From NCBI RefSeq assembly GCF_963676685.1, contig NC_092353.1, positions 17,918,001 to 17,982,000 of the forward strand: DNA of 64,000 nucleotides, read 5' to 3'. Of the stretch, positions 48,801 through 60,800 are shown one piece after another. The notes below the pieces were generated by a model. The model had not been told where the DNA came from. It did not search any database and was given only the letters and a program-made list of their open reading frames with translations. The position numbers and the translations under genes are program-made. Each line of letters begins with the position of its first letter. Position 1 is the stretch's first letter. This DNA comes from Mytilus edulis (taxonomy: Eukaryota).

Positions 48801-51800
48801 GTTTAATTCCAATGGTGTCAACTTACAAGGGGTAATAATTCCATCAGAAGATGCACACCAGGTATGTTTTTTAGGAATAAATTATACAGTGTACATTGTG
48901 TAAAATTATAGCATTTCAAAATTTGACCATAAAAATACAAATTTATTATTAACTTTTAAAAAAAAACTGAATTTGATATTGTCCCAGAGATGATCGTGAG
49001 CTATTTGAAAGGATATTTATATAGAGAATTTGAAGAAAATAACAGCATCATTTAAGTCTTGTTTCAAGCTTTGATTAAGACAATTAATTTAAAGGAAAAA
49101 AATATAGAAGGTAAAATATCTTCATACAACACTATAAATGTATAAAAATAACTATAGCCAATCTTATATATTTGAAGGACAGATAGTTAGTGGTCAGTTG
49201 TAATGACAGTAGTACTGTTAAATAAGAACATTTATTATTCTAATCAAATCCATTGATGGGCAACATGACATGTACACATACAACAATACATCATGATTTG
49301 TAACAGAAAAAAACCCATTTTTTTATAAAATTGAAATGATATAATATAATATTAAAAGTTCAGACAGATGTTATTATCTTCATTGTATATAAGTCACATA
49401 CATTTAATTCCAGGCAGGACCTGAGAACTGTACAATCATTATGATTATCATTGTTATGACATATATTAATTGACATTCTGTCTAACATCTAGACACGTAA
49501 TTATAAAGTTTCCTATATATTTACACATTATATAAACACATTACTTTGGTAAATAACCAAATAATTTTGCCTCATTTGGAAAATATGAAAAATTAAAACA
49601 AATACTGTATCTCCTTGAAACAGTTCTTTGAATGCTGAACAACTAGTAGTAAAATGTTGTTCATCTTCAACTAGATTTTCTTACAAATAAACTCATCATA
49701 GATACCAGGATGAAATTTTCTTATTTATGCCAGACGCGCATTTTGTCTACAAAAGACTCATCAGTGACGCTCGAATCAAAAAATGTTTAAAAGGCCAAAT
49801 AAAGTACGAAGTTGAAGAGCATTGAGGACCAAAAATTCCTAAACGTTTTGCCAAACACAGCTACGGTAATCTATTCCTGAGGTAGAAAAGCCTTAGTTTT
49901 TCAAAAATTCAAAGTTTTGTTAACAGTTAATTTATGATTATGAACATATCAATGATAACTCAAGTCAACACAGAAGTGCTGACTACTGGGCTGGTGATAC
50001 CCTCTGGGAAGCCTTTGGTCTCTTTCTATATGTAAAGTTTAAAATACCTGTTATCATTATTCTGATCGAAGCAGTTACTTTTTGCACACATACCTATATA
50101 TTGATGAATACTATGTTGATTAATTGATTTTGTTATGTTTGTTTTTTGTGTTGTGGGTCACTGATTTATTAATGTGAGTCCTTCTTCTTTTATCAATACC
50201 ATAAGTAACCATACAAGATGCCAAATTACATCCCTTGCACTTGAATTTTTGTTGGGAAAAGTAAGGCTTGTTTTAATTTTATGTATATTGTGTTTTACAC
50301 ATATAAAATTGAGAATGGAAATAGGGAATGTGTCAAAGAGACAACAACCCGACCAAATAAAAAACAAAAAACAACAGCAGAGGGTCACCAACAGGTCTTC
50401 AATGTAGCGAGAAATTCCCGCACCCGGAGGCGTCCTTCAGCTGGCCCCTAAACAAATATATACTAGTCCAGTGATAATGAACGCCATACTAATTTCCAAA
50501 TTGTACACAAGAAACTAAAATTAAAATAATACAAGACTAACAAAGTATGTCTAGAATTAAGTACAAAGGGCTCATGAACAAATTAATTTTACATGTTATC
50601 ATCCTGAGGTGCATGCAATTTTTGGCAAATGAAATAACACATCCATATATCAATATATTACAATTTTAGAGTGAGTTCCCAGCAGAGTATGATAAAAGAA
50701 GAGCCTATATCTCTGGATACGATGGATCACATGGTAAGTATACAATATATTACGATTTTAGAGTGAGTTCCCAGCAGAGTATGATAAAAGAAGAACCTAT
50801 ATCTCAGGATTCGAAGGATCACATGGTAAGTATACAATATATTACAATTTTAGAGTGAGTTCCCATCAGATTATGATAAAAGAAGAGGCTATATCTCAGG
50901 ATTCGATGGATCACATGGTAAGTATACAATATATTACAATTTTAGAGTGAGTTCCCAGCAGAGTATCAGATGAAAGAAGAGCCTATATCTCAGGATTCAA
51001 TGGATCTCATGGTTTGTATCAGATTATTGTTCTGATTGTTGTAGTGTAAATTAATAAGAATGAAATCTTATGTTTGCCTGTCTAATATCAGGGATATAAA
51101 TTTACAAATCGGAAATGATTAATACCCTCAGTAACTAGTCTGAGGACACAGTTATTGCCCTTTGGGTTTTTGTTGTTTACAAATATAGTTCCAAGTGTGA
51201 TCGGTGTATAACTTGTAATTTTTTTCACATACTTTCCCAATTTATTTTTTGATATTTTATGCATGAAATATTAGGTATAGGGATGAAGTTACATGTTTGG
51301 GTGCTGAATATTAATGTTAAGAAGGGATTTGGCCTAATTGAAAAAGGTAAAAACATAGATTGTCTGAAGCTGTCAAACTGAATTTAAGAGCCAGTGCATA
51401 GACTTTTGTTGTCTACCCTTTGATCAGGTTGTTGTCTCTTTCACATATTCCCAATTTCCATTCTTAATTTTATATGCTATAATTTTGATAATATTTGTTC
51501 AGATAGTAGTACACTACACTGTAAAAATCTTTTTGAGAGCATAAGAAAAAGGTAAATTTTATTCCCTACTATCATAGGCTGATGACCTGGCACCATGAAG
51601 ATGATAATAATTCATATAATGTATCCTTTTGATAGGTTTAGCTATAGTATTGAAGGACAAAGCTGCACTATGGACTGATGGTAGATACTATACCCAGGCT
51701 GAGAACCAGTTAGACTGTAACTGGATACTTATGAAACAAGGTTAGAATGCCTTCAAATTTATTTTTAGTTGTTTTGAGTAGTTGATTACATAAATAGTGG

Positions 51801-54800
51801 GAGGGAATACCATAATTAAAGAATTTATTTAGTTTTTATTATATAATATTTAATTTCAAAGGTGCACAAAATAGAATTATACAATAGAAATACTTGGATT
51901 CGGAAACAAGAAGAACTTATATAAATCTGTCTCCCTTAAAAAAGAAAATGACAAAATTAGGAACATAGTATAAGAAACTTTTCATTGCATGTTTATTCTG
52001 TGGTTTGTGCATTACTCAGAAGGAATTCATTTAACAACTCCAATTCAAAATGTTGCATGTTTATTCTGTGGTTTGCCCATTACTCAGAAGGAATTCATTT
52101 CACAAACTCCAATTCAAAATGTTAATTGACAACAGTTGGTATTTTTGAATCCAAAGAACTTAAAATCAACTAATTGAACTTGGCAAAATTTTTCAAAGTA
52201 TTGAATAAAATATTCAGTTTTTTCAATATAAGTAGATTTGAAAGAGAAAAAAAATACAGTTTTAAAACTACCTATAGATATATTTTCTATTTATTGGAGG
52301 GGAGGGAAGGGGTAATTTGCTTGTGAATCTGTAACATTTTATGTTTTTATTCAGATGAACCAAACACACCAACCTATGAAGAATGGATCCTTGCCAACCT
52401 GGGAACCAGTTCAACAATGTCCAATAGAAATATTGGTCTAAATCCATTGTTTATTACTAGCAGTAAGTATATTAGTATAACAGTGAATAAATTGAGGTTA
52501 TACATTGATAATGCCAGGCTTCTCGTTGTAGATTGAATTGAGTGTTAAAATCTTACCATTAGATTATTGTATAAAATAATTTGATAGTTTCATTTATACT
52601 GCTGGGAAGGTGCCATTAAGTGAGTTTATTTTTACCTTAGATGACAACACATTGATTATATATTGAAGAATTGATGCTTCTTTTTGTAAAAGCATTGACC
52701 AAAGTACATTTTGTATGAAGCGCAGAAGTGCTTCATTTTAAAATTGAACACACATTCAACGCTTTTACAACGCTATGAAGAGGGGGATAGGACCTATATT
52801 GGGACTCTGGGATCAGGTGTTTTTTAGCCCAGTATTTCGGGATCAGTGACACAGAAAGTAAGTACCGTCATAATATTTATTCCAAAGATAATTTATTATG
52901 TAACAAAAGTTCCAATTGAGATTATTGTTATGTGATGTTTATTCCATCAGCATAATAAAAGGACTGATGCCTCAGAATTTTTATCACTTAAAATAAATTC
53001 CACATAATAAATTATCTTTGGAATAAATATTATGGTCGAAATTTCATGTTATGACTAGTATAGCATTTTGACTTGCATCATTTTGACATATCATTCATTA
53101 AAATGAAAAAAAATGGGGAAAACATCTTATGTCATAGTTATTCCAATAGGAAAAAGTATTATGTAATATTTATTCTGATTGGAAAAAATATAATATATCA
53201 TTTCTGACCCAAAAATTTGATTGTATTCATAACTGTTTCATTTTGAAATGAAGAATGACGCAAGATTGCGTATAATAATAGCATATAATAATGAAACATA
53301 CAACTAATGTAGTTATAATGCATTGAAAGTTGTATAAGTTTAAATGTAGTTTTTTGTTATAATCATTTATTTTATTTTCTCTTTAATTTTATGCTTTAGG
53401 TGCTTGGATTACAATGGATAGAAATTTAAAGGCAGAAAACATCAACTTATACCAGATGAATAAAGATTTAGTTGATGCAATCTGGCAGTTTGGTAGACCA
53501 GGAAGGCCTAGTAGTAAAATTCATGTTTTAGAAGATAGATTTTCAGGTAAGGCTTCGTTAGTTATTGTTCAACAGTCAACCTTAATAGTATTATTTTGTT
53601 TTATCCACTATAAATTTGATAGGATGAAATAAGTTGATGAAATCTGTTTTGAGTAATGAAGTAGTGTAACAAAAAATATAATGTTTTCATACTCCAATAT
53701 TATAAATATTGGACTTTTGTTAGAAATTTATTGGAAAAATCAAATATTGTCAAAATAGATAATCTGAAACAAATGCCAAAAATACTTAAGTTGAAGGTAA
53801 ATTTTTAATTGTTTTGAAAGAGAGAAATTGGGAATTACAACTGATGCAAAATTGTACCCCAAAAAACAATTGTGAATTTTTAAAAGTTTGACATTTTTTG
53901 AAGGTAAAAATTGGCAACAGAAGGTAACAGAAGATGTATATAAAGCAATGTTGGACCGTAAAGCTGATGTCTTAATTATCACACAACTAGATGAGATTGC
54001 ATGTAGGTTTAGTTAATATATTTAATTAATTTCTTAACGGTTCAGAATTTATATAATAATTATGTTAACCCAACAGAAGATGTATCTGAATAAAGTTTGC
54101 TTCAAAGGTCACTTACTAATGTATAAAATGTCAAGAGTATTTTCCAGTTTATAATATGAATCACTGAATTAAAGATGAAACGTGTACATAGTAATTGCAT
54201 TGACTATTAAATAAAAATTAAAACTTAAGTGGTTTCTCAGAAAATATTAAAAATAAACATTAGAAATCGTTTGCAAGAATTGGTTTGTAATAAAACTAAT
54301 GAAAAATATTTGTCTTTTATGAGTGCCTATACATTTGTTTTTACCTTTATTTATTTACAGGGCTTTTTAATTTGAGAGGATCAGATGTAAAATATAACCC
54401 TTTTTTCATGTCATATGCTATTCTTGAAACCCAAAATGGAAATCTTAGAATTAGGTATGATATGAACTGCATACATTTCTTTTAAAAATTTCAGGTTTGA
54501 AGGTTTTAGATTAATTTTATAATCATTGTTATACTGTAGACTATACATGTGTTAACAAACTTTTCTTACAACTATTCCATTCAAATTCCAACTATCTATG
54601 CAAGATATTGAACTTAAAGTGTACAACGCAAGTGAGAGATTTTTTTATAAATTAAAATTTAGAAACTTTGATTAAAAGGGTTTTCTTTAGTCATAAAGGG
54701 TAGATAATTTTTGTGTCTCTGCATTTAGTCTAAAGATTTTGTATTTAAAATAATGCTACTGGTACTTGGTAAAAAAGAACAACAAGGAAAACCAAGCTTA

Positions 54801-57800
54801 CAATCTACAATGGCTTCAACTTGGGGAAAAAATAACTGTTTTGTAAAATTATGTTGTATACAGAAAACATCAAAAGTTATTTCCCCCAAATTGCACTCCT
54901 TTGTTTTACTTAACTCAGTACCACATTGTCCTATTGTCCTACCACAGAGTGGATAATTGTCAAAGTTATAGTAATCTTTTAAAAGTAGAAATAATACTTT
55001 GCTATGTAATTTCTCTCATCAGATTATTTTTATGGGATAAGTTGAGGAAGTTAACAGAACAGCCATCAGATCCAGAGTCTACATCAAAACTGAACGTATA
55101 CCTTAACACAGGCGTTAGTGGATCATGTACTGACAGGATAGGAATGTGTGTGGAGGTATAGTGACTGTCATTAAGAATATTTAAAACAATTAATACAATT
55201 ACAGAGTGTAAATTCAGAAATTATTGCGATGGTTTGATAATTGCGAAATAACAACAGGGTGATAATCGTAATTAAAAACTCGCATGTTGAAATTCATTTA
55301 AATGAGTTAAACAGGATTTTTCTCAATATCGCGAAAATTAAAATCACAATAATAAATGCACAAAATACAGTAGATTATCACTGTAAGGTTGTTATTTATT
55401 CAATGTTGGGAAATATTTGATGATGTTATGTGTCACTTCAACAAAGTTTAAATGTTTTGCATAGTTTGCATGTTAAGATGTTGCCGTTTAAATTTCAACA
55501 TTTGCACTAGACTATTAAATTACAAAAAAGCAAGACATATATCTGTGTCAACATTTTATCATTAAATACTTTTGACTTTGTTGTTTCCTTTTCTCTTAAA
55601 TAGTGTTAAAAAAGAACTTTTATTTGACAACTTGATTCTTGGATTCATTTATTTTGAAATCTTACAGTTTGATTTGAGCAAAACATTTGAAAAGGAACAA
55701 CAGGTAAAAGCCCTGATAATTGCTTGAATAAGGGTTTCAAAGAAAGCAGAAAGTCTAGTAATCTTATAGCTGGAGACATGATACCATAAACTAGCCAACT
55801 TCTTGTTTGCCTATTTATTTTGTAATACTAAAAAGGTGCTTTTTACTGCTTTTAATATGACAGGTAGAAGATTACAACACCTTTATAAATGCTGTTATTG
55901 CTACTGTTAACAAAAGAGATGTAAAGAAAGTTTGGATACCTTTCCAGTGTAATTATGCCATTTATAAAGTCATCACAAAGGTAAGTTGTCTTACTATTAA
56001 AGTGACAATGACACTGTGTAGATATATAATATCATAATATCATGACAAACGACACTGTCTTGAAAATAGTTGTTTCAAGTCTTGTCATATTTGAAACTTG
56101 ACGCTACTGTGGAATCAATTATTTTCATGGTATCAATTATGATTGATTGAGGATATATTGCATTTTTGTGAATATTTGATTTCTATGTGTTGTCAAAGTC
56201 TGTTTACAACCACACCCAATATCAAATTTGTGGTTCATCTTTATCAACAAAACCCACAATAATATGTATCCCACCAATTATAATGAATCCACAGTATTCA
56301 CCAGTTAGTGCTTCTCCTGTTCCTTGTCTCAATAAATGGTATTGTGGGCCTGGCAATTTACATTGCTTGCTGAAAGTATTGCAATATAATATAAGTTAAA
56401 CGTATTTTAAAATAAAAGTAAGAGGTTAATCAGAATATGTTTATATATGGTACCTCCTGAAAAATTTCATGATTCCTCAAATCAGTTATATGTCACTGTA
56501 TAACACTGAAATCTGTTGTGTTCAATCTATTTTATGACCAAAGCAGACATTATTAGGAAATATTGTTATTTTACAGGAAATATATCAAGGAAATACACCA
56601 GCAGCTCTGAAAAAGTTTCAGAAAAATCCAACAGAGCAACAGGGTCTAAGAAATGCACATGTAAGATTTATTGATTAAATAAATTAGATTTGAAAATGTT
56701 TGCTTACATTTAAAATTAAAGTTGTTGAACATTGAACAAAGATTTGAGAATATCAATAAGATTTTAGAAAATTCTTTATGTAAGTATAAATTTCATCAAA
56801 GTTTAAAATGAGATTTGTACTATCAAAATTTAAAAAGTTAGTTTTACTTTTGTGAAATCTATCCAGTCCAACTTTAAGCAATAATAAAAACATGGGCCAA
56901 AGATTTTAAATTTTAGTTATCAAGGTTTTTGATTAATGTAAAATATATATAATAAAGATGTTTATCTTTAAGCACTTATGATCACATTACTAATTTTGTA
57001 TATGCATTAGTGGGGAATTTCAGAATAAAAATCACATTCTGAGGTAGAGAGAGTTATTGGAGTATTCAATTTTTTATTCATAATTTGTTTTCCAAAATTA
57101 AGAGAATGATTTAGTACTGATCACATAACTAGTACTTTTAATGGAATCGCACATGTTAATTTTCGTATTTAAAAGATCTATTGAATTTGGCATTAAATAG
57201 ATTAGAAACACATGTTGAAATTCTTTTTACATATGGAAGTATAGTTGACTTTTGTTTTTATTTCAGAAAAGAGATGCAGTTGCACTTATCACATTCGCTG
57301 CAAGACTTGAGAATCAGGTACTATATTAATTTATACTTTAACCTCCAGTTTGCCTGCATACAGTGGATTCATTATTTATGGGATACCATTTCTTGTGTTT
57401 TGTGTTTCTAAGGAAACCATGAATTTAGATGTAAAAATAGTACAGATTTCCTATCAGCTTGTATACAGTCATTGGAAAAAACTTGAAATCAATTGTATGA
57501 AAATTACATTCATCCTTAAAAATCTGCTTCAACAGATGTAGGAAAGTTAGACTTGAGCTTGCTGTTTCGTGTGGCATTGTTAAAGTTTGTGTTAAAGTTA
57601 CTTTAGGTCACTAATATAGCATTGACATCTCATGTCCATGGGTATAATTTTGCCCTGTAAATGCAGTCCATTGACTTTGAAATTCTTGCACAGTAAAATT
57701 ATTTTAATCTATATACACATGTAGCAGACATATGATGAGGAAGAAAGTCATACATGATTTATTGATTGTTGTTTGCATTGCTCATAGTCATTCAGTATTG

Positions 57801-60800
57801 TTGTTTTAATTTCAACATTTGCATTTATACTATCGTCATAACCCAAAAGATAGACATGCATTATTTCTGTGCATGCATTTAAAGATCCTGCAGAAAATAA
57901 AATCTTTACCTAAATATTTGGCAAAAGTGACTACCTCTTGTTTGGTCTTTTGAATTTTTTATTTTTATTCTCATTTTGTATGCAGATGTTATAGATTCCC
58001 AAAATCCTCCACCTCTTTAGGTAAGAATCAGTAAATGTAAATAAAACCCTTCTTCCATAATGGATAAACCTCTTATGGGTCATTTTTTTGAGGGCTCATA
58101 CATAATTGGTTGAATGTTTATGATTGTTTTAGGTGAAAAGTGGTCAGTTTCCTGTTGCAACTGAGCTATCTGCAGCCAACCAACTGGACTCATTCAGAGG
58201 GTGAGTTAATAGTCTTTGTCATTTAATCTACTTTTCATCCTTGTTTATCGTGACTGCGACTTTGCGACAATACATCTCTCGCTGCTTGTAAACATTTGAA
58301 AGAGATATTGTTTTCTTTTTGAATTTATATTTTTGTCAGTGAAGTAGCCGGCACTTGAAGCCACCGTAAATGGCGGATTTCTGCCAGCTAGCAGCTTCAA
58401 TGGAAAGCCCTGGTGTTGTTGTCCATGTAGCATTGTTTGTGAAAAGTATATCCTCTGTTTTGTCCTTTATATATGAAGAAGTCTAAAATTTCCATTCTCA
58501 ATTTTAAAGTCTAAAATCCATATTTCAGAAGAGAGATCTACAACAGAGGTACCAGTTTCCCAACCCTGTCAGCTTACGGAACTAATGCTGCTATCATCCA
58601 TTACATGCCAAGTTTGTCTACAAATGTAGAGATCAAAACAGATAACATGTATCTTCTGGATTCTGGAGGACAGTATCTGTAAGTACAAAATAATTAAAAA
58701 ATCTACTGTGATGAAATTTAAACATCCATTTTATTTAAACTTGTTTAGTAGTTGTTTTGAATTTAAATTCTTGTATTAATGCAAGTCATTGTTTTGTCCC
58801 GGAAGCTCTTTACAACAGAAAAATAGTATAAAGATAAATTCCTGGATTCAGAATGAATACTACCTTACTTTAGCAGAGATAATGGAGTTTTTATTGTTAT
58901 TTTTTCCTCAGGGATGGAACCACTGATGTGACACGTACATTTCATTATGGAGTACCAACGAATCGTCAGAAGGTACATAATTTTGATAATCATTTTTCAA
59001 ACAATCATATTGAGTGTATTGTTGGTCATTTTTTGGAGAATTTGTATAAGTTTAAGATTAGAAATGCTGTGAGAAGCATATACAATAAATAAAGTTCTCA
59101 ATATGAAGAACGACACTAGAATTGTTGTTTCTTTGAAAATAAAAAAAAAAGAATGGTTCCTATATTTTATGCTGTTTCTGTGTTATTTATACTTCATCAA
59201 ATGATTTCTTTAAATTAAAGGTTTTATTTGTGTCATAAAAGTACATATCATATGACATCATTTGAACTACTGTACATACTAAAAATTGAAAATTTATTTT
59301 GGACAGGAATGTTACACTAGAGTTCTGATGGGACATATCGACCTGGCTAGATTTATTTTCTATAAAGGAGCATATGGACCCTATGGTAGAGAAATAGATG
59401 CTATAGCCAGGAGACCACTGTGGGAAGTTGGACTAGACTATAGGCATGGGACTGGTCATGGGGTAGGGGCATATCTAAGTGTGCATGAAGGTATTTATTG
59501 GTTGAAATATATTTTTATGCCCCACCTACAATAGTAGAGTGGCATTATGTTTTCTGGTCTGTGGGTTCCATTCCTTCGTCCGTCCATTCGTCCTGCTTCA
59601 GGTTAAAGTTTTTGGTCAAGGTAGTTTTTGATGAAGTTGAAGTCCAATCCACTGGAAACTTAGTACACATGTTCCCTATGATATGATCTTTCTAATTTTA
59701 ATGCCAAATAAGAGTTTTTACCCCAATTTCACGGTTGACTGAACATAGAAAATGATAGTGCAAAAGGGGCATCCATGTATTTGGGACACATTCTTGTTAA
59801 TGGGATGTTTTTATGTTTGATACTTAAATTCTTTGGGTAAACAGACGTTAAGCATCCAACAATCAATCAATCAATCTTTGGGTAGACCAAATAAATAGTA
59901 AATATTTACTCTTGAAAATCTAAGAAGACAAAACATTTTCTATATCAAGACAATTTTTGTATTGCATTGCATCACATGAAAAGCTGTAAAAAAAGTAAAA
60001 AAAGTCTCAAATCAATGAGTATAAGGAAATTCATTGAAAATAGACCAATACATTTTTAGCTCACCTGGCCCAAAGGGCCAAGTGAGCTTTTCTCATCACT
60101 TGGCGTCCGTCGTCCGTCGTCCTTCGTCCGTCGTCGTCGTCGTCCGCCGTTAGCTTTTACAAAAATCTTCTCCTCTGAAACTACTGGGCCAATTTTTACT
60201 AAACTTGGCCACAATCATTATTAGGGTATCTAGTTTAAAAATTGTGTCCGGTGACCCGGCCAACCAACCAAGATGGCCGCCATGGCTAAAAATAGAACAT
60301 AGGGTGTAAAATGCAGTTTTTGGCTTATAACTCAAAAACCAAAGCATTTAGAGCAAATCTGACATGGGGTAATATTGTTCATCAGGTCAAGATCTATCTG
60401 CCCTGAAATTTTCAGATGAATCGGACATTCCGTTGTTGGGTTACTGCCCCTGAAATGGTAATTTTAAGGAAATTTTGCTGTTTTTGGTTATTATCTTGAA
60501 TATTATCATAGATAGAGGTAAACTGTAAACAGCCAAAATGTTCAGTAAAGTAAGATCTACAAATAAGTAGTCAACAGGACCAAAATGGTCTGTTGACCCC
60601 CTTTAGGAGTTATTGCCCTTTATAGTCAATTTTTAACAATTTTTCGTAAATCTTGGTCATCTTTTACAAAAATCTTCTCCTCTGAAACTACTGGGCCAAA
60701 TTAAACCAAACTTGACCACAATCATCATTGGGGTATCTAGTTAAAAAAATGTGTCCGGTGAACTGGCCAGCCAACCAAGATGGCCGCCATGGCTAAAAAT

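Noticed and set aside
50650-51011. CRISPR-like look of a regular 28-nt repeat with 64-nt intervals
   Set aside because: The intervals are near-identical exon copies, the 28-nt repeat is GT...AG intron sequence, and the context is eukaryotic with no cas genes
50946-51011. Fourth exon 4 copy as a functional coding exon
   Set aside because: A 2-nt insertion changes the peptide and puts the donor out of phase with exon 5
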